64,000 nt of DNA. Source: an uncultured Weeksellaceae bacterium (GTDB lineage Bacteria; Bacteroidota; Bacteroidia; Flavobacteriales_D; CAZDUI01). Of the stretch, positions 26,265 to 36,512 are shown in pieces. How positions within the stretch are numbered: position 1 is the stretch's first letter; each line of letters begins with the position of its first letter. The notes below the pieces were generated by a model, which saw nothing but the letters and a program-made list of their open reading frames with translations, was not told where the DNA came from and made no database searches. Location: the NCBI GenBank assembly GCA_964508605.1, contig CAZDUI010000005.1, forward strand, positions 49,254 to 113,253, written 5' to 3'. The position numbers and the translations under genes were made by a program.

Positions 26265-27386
26265 ATGAAATTTTTAGTATCCAGCGGAACCTTACTTCGT
26301 GAACTACAATCTATTGCAGGTGTTTTGAGCAACAATAATTCCTTGCCGATTTTAGATAACTTTCTTTTTGAAATCAAACAAAACCAATTAACAGTTACTG
26401 CAAGTGATCTGGAAACCACAATGATGGCAACTCTGGAAATTGAAAGTAAAGAAACGGGTGTTGTTTGTGTTCCTGCCAAGCTGATTCTGGAAATATTGAA
26501 AACAATGGCAGACCAGCCGTTAACATTTTCGGTGAATATGAAATTACTGCAAATTGAGATCAGCAGTGAATATGGGAAATACAAACTGGCAGGATATGAA
26601 GGAGATGAATATCCACGCACCCCTAATCTTGAAAATTCCGGAAAAATAAGTATTCGCGGAGACATCTTGGCCAGAGCAATCAATAAAACCATTTTTGCTG
26701 CCGCCAATGACGATTTGCGTCCTGTTATGAGCGGTATTTACTGTCAGTTTACTGAAGATGACTGTACCTTTGTTTGTACAGACGCACACAAGCTTGTAAG
26801 ATACAAAAGAAAGGACGTGAAAGCGGACAACGCAGCATCGTTTATTCTGCCAAAAAAACCTGTTAACCTAATTAAAAATATCGTTTCCGGTGCCGAAATA
26901 GAAGCAGAGATTTCATACAGTCCAACCAATGCATCTTTTACATTTGCCAATATCAGGTTAATTTGTCTTCTTATTGATGGTAAGTATCCAAATTATGAAG
27001 CCGTTATCCCTCAGGAAAACCCAAATAAATTACTTATTGACCGATCTTTATTCCTTAATTCGGTAAAACGAGCCAGCATCTTTGCCAATAAAACCACCTA
27101 TCAGGTTCGCCTGAAAATTACCGGAAGTGAATTGGTTATTAGCGCTGAAGATATTGATTATGCTAATGAAGCCAATGAACGTTTAACCTGTAATTACGTA
27201 GGAGAAGACATGGAAATTGGTTTCAATTCGCGCTTTCTGGTGGATATTCTGTCAAATCTGGAATGCAAGGAAGTCTCTTTGGAAATGAGCACTCCCAGTC
27301 GCGCCGGAATCATTGTTCCTGCCGACCCGGAACGTGAAAATGAAGACATGCTGATGCTTGTAATGCCAGTTATGTTGAACAACTAA
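26265..27386 (+). CDS. dnaN: DNA polymerase III beta sliding clamp
   Basis: MKFLVSS…LPILDNFLF, ASDLETT, CTDAHKLVRY, GKYPNYEAVIP, IGFNSRFL and LVMPV. Confidence 0.97.
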   Translation: MKFLVSSGTLLRELQSIAGVLSNNNSLPILDNFLFEIKQNQLTVTASDLETTMMATLEIESKETGVVCVPAKLILEILKTMADQPLTFSVNMKLLQIEISSEYGKYKLAGYEGDEYPRTPNLENSGKISIRGDILARAINKTIFAAANDDLRPVMSGIYCQFTEDDCTFVCTDAHKLVRYKRKDVKADNAASFILPKKPVNLIKNIVSGAEIEAEISYSPTNASFTFANIRLICLLIDGKYPNYEAVIPQENPNKLLIDRSLFLNSVKRASIFANKTTYQVRLKITGSELVISAEDIDYANEANERLTCNYVGEDMEIGFNSRFLVDILSNLECKEVSLEMSTPSRAGIIVPADPERENEDMLMLVMPVMLNN

Positions 27387-27480
27387 TGTTCAAATATTAG
27401 AAAATGGCGAAAATCTCCACTTAACCGAAACGATTTTTCACTAAGTTACCTTTCCTCTTCCCTAAGTAGCATTATATATA

Positions 27481-28494
27481 ATGAAAAGGCAGTATAGTTT
27501 TGCTGCCATTATGATAAACATCACTGTTTTAACCCTTGCACTGCTAACAGGTATTTTCTTTGGTCAGGTTTCCGCTCAGGAATCCTCATCGCCAGAAGAT
27601 TCTACTGTTTCTGCTGCATTGGGAGGTCCCATTTCGGACGATGTTGCCGTTGCAGGTTCTGAAACCGACGACGTTATTGAGGCAGCAGTTCCCTTCAACG
27701 GTATAATGAATAATGAATTGCATGAGATGATTATGTCCGATTCAAACTACCGCTTTCGTACGCATTGGTGGACTGAAACTTGTTTTTCTCTGGACAACGA
27801 TTTAAGCCAGATGAAAGGCGAAATTTGGCTGTGTCTTGAAGACAGCCTTAAGCCCGGATTTAAACTGCCTGTTCCCGGTAAGGTAATGAGCGGATTTAAG
27901 CAAAGAGGATATAGAATGCACAAAGGTCTTGATATTGACCTTAAAACAGGTGATACTGTATATGCTGCGTTCTCAGGTAGAATCCGTTATTCTATGTTTA
28001 ACAATGGTGGCTACGGAAATCTTGTAATCATTCGCCATTACAACGGTCTGGAAACGTATTATGCTCATCTTAGCAAACTTATTGTTCAAAGCGACGAATA
28101 TGTTGAAGCCGGCCAACCTATCGGTTTGGGAGGTAGTACCGGAAGAAGCTATGGTCCTCATCTTCATTTTGAAGTTCGTTTCTATGACAATGCCCTGGAC
28201 CCTGAATCATTAATCGATTTTGAAAAAGGTACCTTGCGGGATGCTTCGTTAATAGTTACCAAAGAACTTTTCAAAGAAAGCGCTAACGGTCAGCAAAAAA
28301 TTATGGCCATGCGCTCTGCTAACTCATCTGTTCCGGTTGCATCTGGCAATGGTACTTATTATCGCGTTCGCTCCGGAGACTCTCTTTGGGCTATCAGTCA
28401 AAGAAACGGAACTACCGTTTCTCGTTTATGCCAGTTAAACGGACTGAGCGAAAGATCAGTGCTTCAAATTGGGCAAACCATTCGGGTAAAATAA
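27481..28494 (+). CDS. M23 family peptidase with C-terminal LysM
   Basis: HKGLDID (HxxxD), YYAHLS, STGRSYGPHLHFEVR and LysM YRVRSGDSLWAISQRNG…LQIGQTIRV. Confidence 0.93.
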   Translation: MKRQYSFAAIMINITVLTLALLTGIFFGQVSAQESSSPEDSTVSAALGGPISDDVAVAGSETDDVIEAAVPFNGIMNNELHEMIMSDSNYRFRTHWWTETCFSLDNDLSQMKGEIWLCLEDSLKPGFKLPVPGKVMSGFKQRGYRMHKGLDIDLKTGDTVYAAFSGRIRYSMFNNGGYGNLVIIRHYNGLETYYAHLSKLIVQSDEYVEAGQPIGLGGSTGRSYGPHLHFEVRFYDNALDPESLIDFEKGTLRDASLIVTKELFKESANGQQKIMAMRSANSSVPVASGNGTYYRVRSGDSLWAISQRNGTTVSRLCQLNGLSERSVLQIGQTIRVK

Positions 28495-28514
28495 TTCACA
28501 TTTTAATATTTTTC

Positions 28515-28537
28515 AAGGGGCATCTTGCCCCTTTTTT
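28515..28537 (+). terminator. Rho-independent terminator
   Basis: AAGGGGCA-tct-TGCCCCTT followed by TTTT, 20 nt after the M23 stop. Confidence 0.8.
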
Positions 28538-28702
28538 ATCTCAAAAATTTCGCAACTTTCAAGGGGTTTAAGAACCTGAAATAAAGAGTAAAAATTATTA
28601 ATTCAGATACGGGATAAAAGACTATAACCTGAAAGGAATTCTAAAAACAGACTTTAATAATCCATTAGAGCTTATTCGGATGCGCTTATTGGAAGGCCTT
28701 CA

Positions 28703-29068
28703 TTATAATTCACCAATCAGTTGAATCAAACGGGTGCGTAATGCCTGCAATGACCTTAAAACAGTGTCTCTGTCGTGATTTGCAAATTCAGGTGGTTTTC
28801 TTATTTCTTGTTCCGCAGGCTTCTGTTTTAACACCTCTCTTGCCCCCGGTAATGTATATCCCTTTTCCTTCACCAAATTATGGATCCGCTTTAACAATTC
28901 AACATCTGGCTGGCTGAATTGCCTGTTGCCTTTTTTATTTTTTGCAGGCCTTAACATAGGAAACTCTTTTTCCCAAAAACGAATCAGGGAAGTATTCACA
29001 TCCAGCATTTCTGCAACTTCACTTATTGACCAGTACAGCCGCGTTACCGCTTTTTCTTTATAAGGCAT
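28703..29068 (-). CDS. MerR-family HTH transcriptional regulator
   Basis: YWSISEVAEMLDVNTSLIRFWEKEF…GNRQFSQPD…GYTLPGA. Start placed at MPYKEK. Confidence 0.9.
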   Translation of the reverse strand: MPYKEKAVTRLYWSISEVAEMLDVNTSLIRFWEKEFPMLRPAKNKKGNRQFSQPDVELLKRIHNLVKEKGYTLPGAREVLKQKPAEQEIRKPPEFANHDRDTVLRSLQALRTRLIQLIGEL

Positions 29069-29156
29069 CAGGGCGTGAAGATACAAATTTTCAATAAATA
29101 TGAACACCCGTAAAAATCTGTAGCAATACTTTATTTGAATTGCATAAAATCAAATA

Positions 29157-30041
29157 TTACAATTCTTTATAAACGACAGAAAATCCTCCCCAAATTCCCA
29201 GTCCCTCATTAATATTGCTGTACACCTGAACAGGCTGACTGAAAAAATCTCCATTCGTCACAGAATATAACTGCCGGCTAGATAAGAACTTGTAATACGA
29301 TTCACTGAGGCAATATAAATATACACGGAACTCGTTATAGGAACCATTTGAATAATCGGGCAAGCCAATATTTATCATCACAGACTGTCCGTTAAACGAA
29401 TAATCCCTGAATGTTTCAAAATCTGACTGCCTGTTGTTGTTGTCAAAAACAGGATCCATCGTTAAATAATACAAATTTGATTCATACCAAATGGTATCAG
29501 TGCCATCAAAATAAAAATTGCGCCCGGTTAACCGTATGGCATAAAAATTATCAGAATTACCAGGGTCATTTATTGAAATAATAAATTCAAGGACATCATT
29601 ATAATCCATATAATCCGTACGGCCTGTATCTATTTTTACAATGGAAGAAGCCCATGGAACTAAACTCACAGAAGAGACCGGCGTAAACCCCGGAGAATAT
29701 GCATGTATGGTATAATTTTGCTGTACTATAGGAACAACACCCGGTGCACCATAATAAAACCCATTGGCAGAATGTTGCAATGTTGTAATGGTATTACCCA
29801 TATCATCTAATATGGTAACCGTTGCGTTGGTTACATCCATTAGTTGTCCGTTGTCAATTACCGAAAGAGACTCTGAAATATGCGCACTGAAAACTGTATC
29901 GCTTTGCATCAAACCGTTCACCACAAGTTTATTTTCAGCAATATCTCCTTCAAAAGGAATTTCCTTTTCGCAAGCTCCAACAACCAGCCCCATCAGAATA
30001 ATTGCCGGTAAGTAATTATTCCTTTTAAAATTTAAACGCAT
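29157..30041 (-). CDS. DUF4249-family lipoprotein
   Basis: Lipobox VVGA-C followed by EKEIPF, KLVVNG, NDPGNSDNFY and YSNINEGLGIW. Confidence 0.85.
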   Translation of the reverse strand: MRLNFKRNNYLPAIILMGLVVGACEKEIPFEGDIAENKLVVNGLMQSDTVFSAHISESLSVIDNGQLMDVTNATVTILDDMGNTITTLQHSANGFYYGAPGVVPIVQQNYTIHAYSPGFTPVSSVSLVPWASSIVKIDTGRTDYMDYNDVLEFIISINDPGNSDNFYAIRLTGRNFYFDGTDTIWYESNLYYLTMDPVFDNNNRQSDFETFRDYSFNGQSVMINIGLPDYSNGSYNEFRVYLYCLSESYYKFLSSRQLYSVTNGDFFSQPVQVYSNINEGLGIWGGFSVVYKEL

Positions 30042-32460
30042 AACTTACAGAAGGTATTATGGGAAACAAGCCCAGTTTGTACAACCGGGTATTATTATTT
30101 TCATCTTTTTGAAAATAAATATAGAACGGATTAATTCTGTTATACACATTATACACTCCAAAACTCCATGTGGCTTCACCCCACTTCTTTTCTTTATGAA
30201 GATTAACCCCCAGATCCAGCCTGTGATAAGCAGGCATTCTGTAATTATTTCTACTTTGAATATGTTCAATTTCGGTTCCCCACCATGCATTTTGTGGTAA
30301 GTTAAGATGCATAATGTAATGATCTAAGCCTATATACCTCTGCGAAGGCAATGTAACCGCATTGCCAGTACCATATACCCAAACCAGTCCAAAATCAATT
30401 TTCTTATTTTGTTTATATGTAATTGCAACTGATATATCGTGCCTGCGGTCGTATCGGTAGGGATACTCTCTTCCAAAATTAATTTCCTGAAATTGCCGGT
30501 TTGTCCAACTAAGGGTATATCCAATCCAGCCCGTAAATTTCCCCAGGCGTTTATCCATTAATACCTCCAGTCCATAGGCTTCTCCCCGCCCCGATTCAAT
30601 TAACTCCTGCCAATCGGTACCGCCCAGAAAAAAAGAGGCTCCATCTTTATATTCAATCAAATTGTTCATTCCCTTATAATAGGCTTCAACAGTTAATTCG
30701 TACATTCCCTTTATTAAAGTCCGGGCATACCCCACAGCAACCTGCCAACTATTCTGCGGCTTTACTTTATCGGTGGCTGGAACCCATAAATCGGTAGGTA
30801 ATCCAATAGAGCTGTTGCTAAGTAAGTGAATATACTGTGTCATGGTTGAAAATCCGGCTTTGACACTGCTTTTGTCATCTACCAAAATCCTGATTGCGGC
30901 TCTGGGCTGCAAACTGTGATAATATCTTTTTGAGACCAGAAATCCTGAATAATGAACCCCCACGTTCGCTTTAAACCGCTTGTTTAGTTTCCAATCATCT
31001 TCAATAAACGCGCTCCATTCATGAGCAAACTGATTCTTAGACCCCAAAACTGTATCGTACTTTTCATATTCCGAGTCAATTCTGAATTCCTCAACACCGG
31101 GTTTAAAAGTATGATATGTCTCGGCAATTCCAAATCGTATATAATGATTGGGTACCGGAATATAATCAAAGTCTGTCTTAATTCCCCAGTCCTGAATACC
31201 TGAAAAGTACTTGAATGCAGCCTTATCGGTCGTAATTTTGGTACCATCGTCTTCAATGTCCTCCATCTCAAAACCCACAACAAATTTGTATCTGCTATAA
31301 GTAGCCGTTGTATTGGCAAATAGTTTTGAATTAAACACATGATTCCATCTAAGTGCTGAAATCAAGTTTCCCCACCCCATATCTGAACGTTCTTTTGATG
31401 TGTATTCAGTACCCTGGTATACTTCAGTATAGCTATCACGGTAATAAAACAAATCATTTCCAAAGTAGGTGCTAAGATATATCCGGTTGTTTTCATCAAA
31501 TTTCCAGTTCGCCTTCCCATTCACATCGTAAAAATAATACCCTCCAATCCCTTCATTTTGAGCGATAAGGAATGGACGCGCCAACAAATCAATATATGTT
31601 CTTCTTCCTGAGACAATAAAAGAGCCTTTTTCCTTCTTGATAGGTCCCTCTAGAGACAATTTCGATGAGATGATTCCAATGGCGCCTTCACCGTGAAATT
31701 CCTTAATGTTCCCCTCCTTCATACGAATATCGAGTACCGATGACAATCTACCACCGTATCGTGCAGGGAAACCGCCCTTTATAAGTTGTACACTGTTGAT
31801 AGCGTCAGCATTAAACACACTAAAAAAACCGAACAAATGACTGGCATTATAAACCGATACGCCATCAAGTAGTATCAAATTCTGATCAGGGCCACCACCA
31901 CGAACATACATGCCGCTACTTCCTTCTGTTCCTCCCTGCACTCCCGGCAATAATTGTATGGTTTTCAGTATATCCGTTTCACCGAGCAAAACCGGCAGAG
32001 ACTTCACCTTATCCATACTAACGTCAACACTTCCCATTTGCGTAGACTCCTGAATGCTTTGACGATCGCTTACAACTACCTCTTGTAATTCATTGCTCTC
32101 AGACATCAATAAGTTTACGGTTTGAGATTCTCTTCCTGACAATCGTACAAATTTTGTTGCATATCCCACACTACTGATTCTAAGTGTAACAGAATCGGAA
32201 ACAGGTAGCGTAAGACTATAAAAACCATACACATTACTTGTGGTTCCCTTTGCTGTTATGGTATCAAAAACAGCTGCACCTAAAAGTTTTTCGCCGTTTA
32301 AAGTATCTTCAACATAACCGCTAAAGGTGATTGTTTGCGCACTTACAAATAACCCCGGTAGGACCATTAAAATACAAAAAATATAACGATATAAATGCAC
32401 TGTTTGTAAAGTAATTAATTGTCGGCTAAACGGAGAAGACAATGTTTTATTTTGTAACAT
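30025..32460 (-). CDS. TonB-dependent receptor with N-terminal CarboxypepD_reg-like domain
   Basis: SGYVEDTLNGEKLLGA…TSNVYGFYSLTL, plug LPGV…YVRGGGPDQNLILLDG…KGGFPARYGGRLSS, and C-terminal aromatic AFKF. Confidence 0.93.
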   Translation of the reverse strand: MLQNKTLSSPFSRQLITLQTVHLYRYIFCILMVLPGLFVSAQTITFSGYVEDTLNGEKLLGAAVFDTITAKGTTSNVYGFYSLTLPVSDSVTLRISSVGYATKFVRLSGRESQTVNLLMSESNELQEVVVSDRQSIQESTQMGSVDVSMDKVKSLPVLLGETDILKTIQLLPGVQGGTEGSSGMYVRGGGPDQNLILLDGVSVYNASHLFGFFSVFNADAINSVQLIKGGFPARYGGRLSSVLDIRMKEGNIKEFHGEGAIGIISSKLSLEGPIKKEKGSFIVSGRRTYIDLLARPFLIAQNEGIGGYYFYDVNGKANWKFDENNRIYLSTYFGNDLFYYRDSYTEVYQGTEYTSKERSDMGWGNLISALRWNHVFNSKLFANTTATYSRYKFVVGFEMEDIEDDGTKITTDKAAFKYFSGIQDWGIKTDFDYIPVPNHYIRFGIAETYHTFKPGVEEFRIDSEYEKYDTVLGSKNQFAHEWSAFIEDDWKLNKRFKANVGVHYSGFLVSKRYYHSLQPRAAIRILVDDKSSVKAGFSTMTQYIHLLSNSSIGLPTDLWVPATDKVKPQNSWQVAVGYARTLIKGMYELTVEAYYKGMNNLIEYKDGASFFLGGTDWQELIESGRGEAYGLEVLMDKRLGKFTGWIGYTLSWTNRQFQEINFGREYPYRYDRRHDISVAITYKQNKKIDFGLVWVYGTGNAVTLPSQRYIGLDHYIMHLNLPQNAWWGTEIEHIQSRNNYRMPAYHRLDLGVNLHKEKKWGEATWSFGVYNVYNRINPFYIYFQKDENNNTRLYKLGLFPIIPSVSYAFKF

Positions 32461-32875
32461 ATTTTTTACTCATTAAAAACCCCTGCAGAATAATTGCTGC
32501 CGAAGTATCATCAAGTAATTCTTTGTTTTTTAATTTTTTACCTGACGTTCCGCGGGTATGATGCGTTTGTAATGCCATCTTGGTCGTAAAACGCTCATCC
32601 TCTTCATATACTGGGATATCTTTAAAGTTTTTTCTAAGAAATCCGGCAAAATTCCTGGCAACTTCGGTACCATCTGTAGGACGGTTTAGCAAATCGGATG
32701 GGATGCCTACCACAAAAGCACAAACGGATTGTTCCTGAACAAATTTTCTAACATAACCATGTAATTCAGCTGCCCTTACTACTGCATGAGGAAAAGAAAA
32801 CTGATGTGTTTCGTCGCTAAGTGCAATACCGGTTCTTTTGCCGCCAACGTCGAATGCCATAATTCTGGGTTTCAT
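32447..32875 (-). CDS. ruvX: Holliday junction resolvase RuvX / pre-16S rRNA nuclease YqgF
   Basis: IMAFDVGGKRTGIALSD, VVGIP, DERFTT and DDTSAAIILQGFL. Start placed at MKPRIM (32875). Confidence 0.92.
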   Translation of the reverse strand: MKPRIMAFDVGGKRTGIALSDETHQFSFPHAVVRAAELHGYVRKFVQEQSVCAFVVGIPSDLLNRPTDGTEVARNFAGFLRKNFKDIPVYEEDERFTTKMALQTHHTRGTSGKKLKNKELLDDTSAAIILQGFLMSKKYVTK

Positions 32876-32889
32876 TTCAGCTAAAAAAG

Positions 32890-32897
32890 TAATTTTG
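32890..32897 (+). promoter_or_regulatory. -7 promoter element for dapD (TAATTTTG)
   Basis: Exact TAnnTTTG match in the ruvX/dapD divergent gap. Confidence 0.5.
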
Positions 32898-32962
32898 ACC
32901 GGTAAATTTAGAATAGATAAGTTTGAATTCAGTTCAAATGTAAACATAAGCACATACCTGCA

Positions 32963-33769
32963 ATGAAAGAAATTATTGAAAATACATGGGAACATCGTGA
33001 GATGCTTCAACAACCTGAAGTACAGAAAACCATTAAAACCATAATCGACCAGCTTGACAAGGGTGAACTGCGAGTAGCAGAACCCACTTCAAATGGATGG
33101 ATTGTTAACGACTGGATAAAAAAGGCTGTAATCATGTATTTTCCTATATGTAAAATGGAAACTTTTGAAGCCGGCCCCATGGAGTTTCACGACAAAATGC
33201 CTCTAAAAAGAGGCTATGCAGAAAAAGGAATAAGGGTTGTACCACATGCTGTGGCCCGGGAAGGATCTTATATTGCTTCAGGAGTAATTCTAATGCCCAG
33301 CTATGTAAATATTGGCGCTTATGTTGACGAAGGAACCATGGTGGATACCTGGGCTACTGTTGGGTCGTGCGCTCAAATAGGAAAACATGTGCACCTTAGC
33401 GGAGGTGTAGGAATTGGCGGGGTACTTGAACCTGTCCAGGCCGCACCTGTTATTATTGAAGATCACGCGTTTATCGGTTCAAGATGTATTGTAGTTGAAG
33501 GTGTGCATATTGAAAGTGAGGCTGTTCTGGGCGCTAATGTGGTTCTTACTGCAAGTACACGAATTATTGATGTTACCGGAAATACCCCTATTGAACATAA
33601 AGGACGTGTACCCCGGGGAAGTGTTGTAATTCCCGGAACTGTTAACAAAGATTTTTCTGCGGGCAATTATGGCGTTCCGGCGGCATTAATCATAGGCAAA
33701 AGAACTGCTTCAACCGATAAAAAAACGAGTTTAAATAGCGCACTTCGAGAATTCGGCGTATCAGTCTGA
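32963..33769 (+). CDS. dapD: 2,3,4,5-tetrahydropyridine-2,6-dicarboxylate N-succinyltransferase
   Basis: LDKGELRVAEP…WIVNDWIKKAV, MPSYVNIGAYVDEGTMVDTWATVGSCAQIG and GGVLEPVQA. Confidence 0.96.
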   Translation: MKEIIENTWEHREMLQQPEVQKTIKTIIDQLDKGELRVAEPTSNGWIVNDWIKKAVIMYFPICKMETFEAGPMEFHDKMPLKRGYAEKGIRVVPHAVAREGSYIASGVILMPSYVNIGAYVDEGTMVDTWATVGSCAQIGKHVHLSGGVGIGGVLEPVQAAPVIIEDHAFIGSRCIVVEGVHIESEAVLGANVVLTASTRIIDVTGNTPIEHKGRVPRGSVVIPGTVNKDFSAGNYGVPAALIIGKRTASTDKKTSLNSALREFGVSV

Positions 33770-34767
33770 TGATGAAAAATCCCAAATCCATACTTGTAAT
33801 TCAAACCGCCTTTATAGGCGATGTTATTTTAGCAACCTCTATTCTTGAAAAGTTACACATTGTTCATCCTGAAGCAAGAATTGAAATTGTTGTTAGGAAG
33901 GGAAATGAAGCGTTGCTAAATAACCATCCCTATTTACATAAAGTACATATTTGGGATAAGAAAAACAGGAAGTATATAAATTTAAGAAAACTAATTGCTG
34001 AGCTGCGAAAACAAAAATACGACGTTTGTATAAATCTTCAACGTTTTGCAGCCAGCGGATGGATGAGTTTCAGGTGTCGTGCAAAATTCAAAGCCGGATT
34101 CAGACAAAACCCATTTCATTTCTGCTACCATCATAAAGTGAAACATTCAGTCAATGAAAAGGAGCACGAAATTCTTCGCAATCAAAAAGTGATAGATCCC
34201 ATTGCTCCGGGTACACCATTAAAACCTAAACTGTATCCTACCGAAAAGGATTATGCAACTGTTGCCGGTTTCAAAACCCTACCCTACTTTACTATTTCCC
34301 CGGCTTCTGTTTGGTTTACAAAACAATATCCTTCTCAAAACTGGATTGAACTCATTAAAAAACTACCTGCTTACAGCCCGGTTTTCCTAATTGGAGGCCC
34401 CGATGATGTTAGCTTGTGTAATACCATTGCACGTGCTGCAGGGTCAGGCAACATTCACAATACCGCCGGAAAATTATCGCTTACCGAGACAGCCGCTCTG
34501 ATGCAGCACGCGCAGATGAATTTCACCAACGACTCGGCACCAATGCACATTGCTTCGGCCATGAATGCCCCCGTTACCGCTATATTCTGCTCCACTATAC
34601 CCGGATTTGGATTTACTCCCCTTAGTGATATTTCCATTATTGCCGAGACACAAGAACAATTGAGCTGCAGACCTTGCGGACTACACGGACAAAAGAGTTG
34701 CCCGAAAGGTCATTTCCGATGTTCAGAAATCAACCAGGAAGTACTGTTAAAATCAGTCTTTGGGTGA
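33769..34767 (+). CDS. GT9 family glycosyltransferase (LPS heptosyltransferase-like)
   Basis: ILVIQTAFIGDVIL, SVWFTKQYP and NDSAPMHIASAM motifs. Confidence 0.92.
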   Translation: MMKNPKSILVIQTAFIGDVILATSILEKLHIVHPEARIEIVVRKGNEALLNNHPYLHKVHIWDKKNRKYINLRKLIAELRKQKYDVCINLQRFAASGWMSFRCRAKFKAGFRQNPFHFCYHHKVKHSVNEKEHEILRNQKVIDPIAPGTPLKPKLYPTEKDYATVAGFKTLPYFTISPASVWFTKQYPSQNWIELIKKLPAYSPVFLIGGPDDVSLCNTIARAAGSGNIHNTAGKLSLTETAALMQHAQMNFTNDSAPMHIASAMNAPVTAIFCSTIPGFGFTPLSDISIIAETQEQLSCRPCGLHGQKSCPKGHFRCSEINQEVLLKSVFG

Positions 34768-35381
34768 GCAATGTAGACCTACTTTCACCCGACTGGTACG
34801 TACAGGATGACGTTGTACAACTTGCACGGGAATTAATAGGAAAAGAGCTATTCACAATAGTCAACGGACAATTCACATCAGGAATTATAACTGAAACCGA
34901 AGCATACAACGGTACAACAGACAAGGCTTGTCATGCCTACGGAAACAAAAGAACCTCCAGAACTGAGGTAATGTACAGACAGGGAGGTGTAGCTTATGTC
35001 TACTTGTGCTACGGAATTCATGAATTGTTTAATGTGGTTACCGGATTAAACGACAATCCTCAGGCAATTCTGATAAGAAAAATAATTCCCTACCGCGGCA
35101 TAAATATCATGGAGCAAAGGCGAAACATGAAAATAAAGTGCACGAATTTTAGCTCTGGCCCCGGAACTACCTCTAAAGCCTTAAGCATAACACGAGATTT
35201 TAACGGTATTGTACTAAATGGATCTACCATAGGAATAGCAAATTTAACTTTCAACGTTCCCGATGATCTGATAAATGTAACTCCGCGCATTGGGGTTGAA
35301 TATGCCGGCAATGATGCATTACTTCCTTATCGTTTTGTAGTGAATAACAAAGATTTGGAATCATTTTTGAGTATGGATTAA
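34764..35381 (+). CDS. mpg: DNA-3-methyladenine glycosylase (MPG/AAG type)
   Basis: LARELIGK, IITETEAY, AYVYLCYGIH…NVV, SGPG, TPRIGV and PYRF. GTG start proposed at the GTGA overlap with the GT9 stop. Confidence 0.92.
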   Translation: MSNVDLLSPDWYVQDDVVQLARELIGKELFTIVNGQFTSGIITETEAYNGTTDKACHAYGNKRTSRTEVMYRQGGVAYVYLCYGIHELFNVVTGLNDNPQAILIRKIIPYRGINIMEQRRNMKIKCTNFSSGPGTTSKALSITRDFNGIVLNGSTIGIANLTFNVPDDLINVTPRIGVEYAGNDALLPYRFVVNNKDLESFLSMD

Positions 35382-35430
35382 ACCCTCACCAATATTTGAA
35401 CTCTATATTACGTAAAAACGAAATACCATT

Positions 35431-36393
35431 ATGAAAGCATCGATTAATAATAATATGAAGAAAGTGCTTGTTGCCGGCTTTCTTTTTGTGACAGCTGACG
35501 TGTCTTTTGCTCAGCAAGACAGTACCGGCCTTCCGGGTGACCATTTTAGCCTTGAAGGAGCACTAACCTTGTTTAAAGAGGCAAATAACATTGAGGCCTT
35601 TGAGGAAGCCCTGAATAAAGAAAGCAACCATGTTAACAATCTGGATTTAAACGGTGATGGTGAAATTGATTATTTGCGAGTTGAAGACAAAATGGAAGGA
35701 GATGCCCACGCTTTGATAATTCAGGCACTCATCAGCGAAGATGAAGTTCAGGATGTAGCCGTGATTGAAATTGAAAAAACAGGAGAAGAAGAAGCAGATC
35801 TACAAATTGTAGGTGACACGGAATTATATGGTGAAGAAGTTTATGCAGAGCCATTTGATGAAAAAGGTACGGGAGGTAAAGGAGGACCTGCATTATACGC
35901 TTCATCTGTCAGGGTAATTGTTAACGTATGGTTTTGGCCTGCGGTGCGCTTTATTTATACTCCGGGATACGTGGTATGGATTTCGCCCTGGGGTTGGCGT
36001 CGTTATCCAAAATGGTGGAAACCCTGGAGACCTTTTGCTTGGCACGTGCATGTTACACATATACACAGATACCATGTGCATTGCCACAGGGTTCACACAC
36101 ACCGTATGCATCATGCTCACCGGGTATATACTCCACACAGGCGTACTTCTCATGTTGTACAGACACGTCACAGGGCTGCGCACCAGGCACATCGTGAAAG
36201 AAGTACCTCCAATGCACAGAAAAAATCTCGGGCTATTAATCACAATACTACCCGCAGCGACAGGGGGAATAAAGTGAAGAACAGTGAAGTAAAAACCTCA
36301 CAACGCTCTTCACAGGGAAAATCAGGCGGAAAAAAGGCCAACGTTGAAAAAAAAGCAGGAAATAAAGTAAATGGCGGCAAAGGCCCCAGATAG
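35431..36393 (+). CDS. Secreted hypothetical protein with EF-hand-like loop and His/Arg-rich region
   Basis: Signal peptide, acidic domain with DLNGDGEID, a Trp/Pro-rich segment, a His-rich segment and a Lys/Gly-rich tail. Confidence 0.75.
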   Translation: MKASINNNMKKVLVAGFLFVTADVSFAQQDSTGLPGDHFSLEGALTLFKEANNIEAFEEALNKESNHVNNLDLNGDGEIDYLRVEDKMEGDAHALIIQALISEDEVQDVAVIEIEKTGEEEADLQIVGDTELYGEEVYAEPFDEKGTGGKGGPALYASSVRVIVNVWFWPAVRFIYTPGYVVWISPWGWRRYPKWWKPWRPFAWHVHVTHIHRYHVHCHRVHTHRMHHAHRVYTPHRRTSHVVQTRHRAAHQAHRERSTSNAQKKSRAINHNTTRSDRGNKVKNSEVKTSQRSSQGKSGGKKANVEKKAGNKVNGGKGPR

Positions 36394-36512
36394 AATAAAC
36401 ATCAAAAATTATAAACCAAAATACCCGGGCCGGTTTCTGCTTTATATCTTTGAACCTTTATGAATCCATCCGGATGGATTTTCAAGGTATTTGTCCGGAT
36501 TTTTGAACGACA

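Noticed and set aside
28511-28566. 10-bp direct repeat TTTCAAGGGG (28511 and 28557)
   Set aside because: Only two copies, one forming part of the terminator stem; there is no element between them suggesting a target-site duplication.
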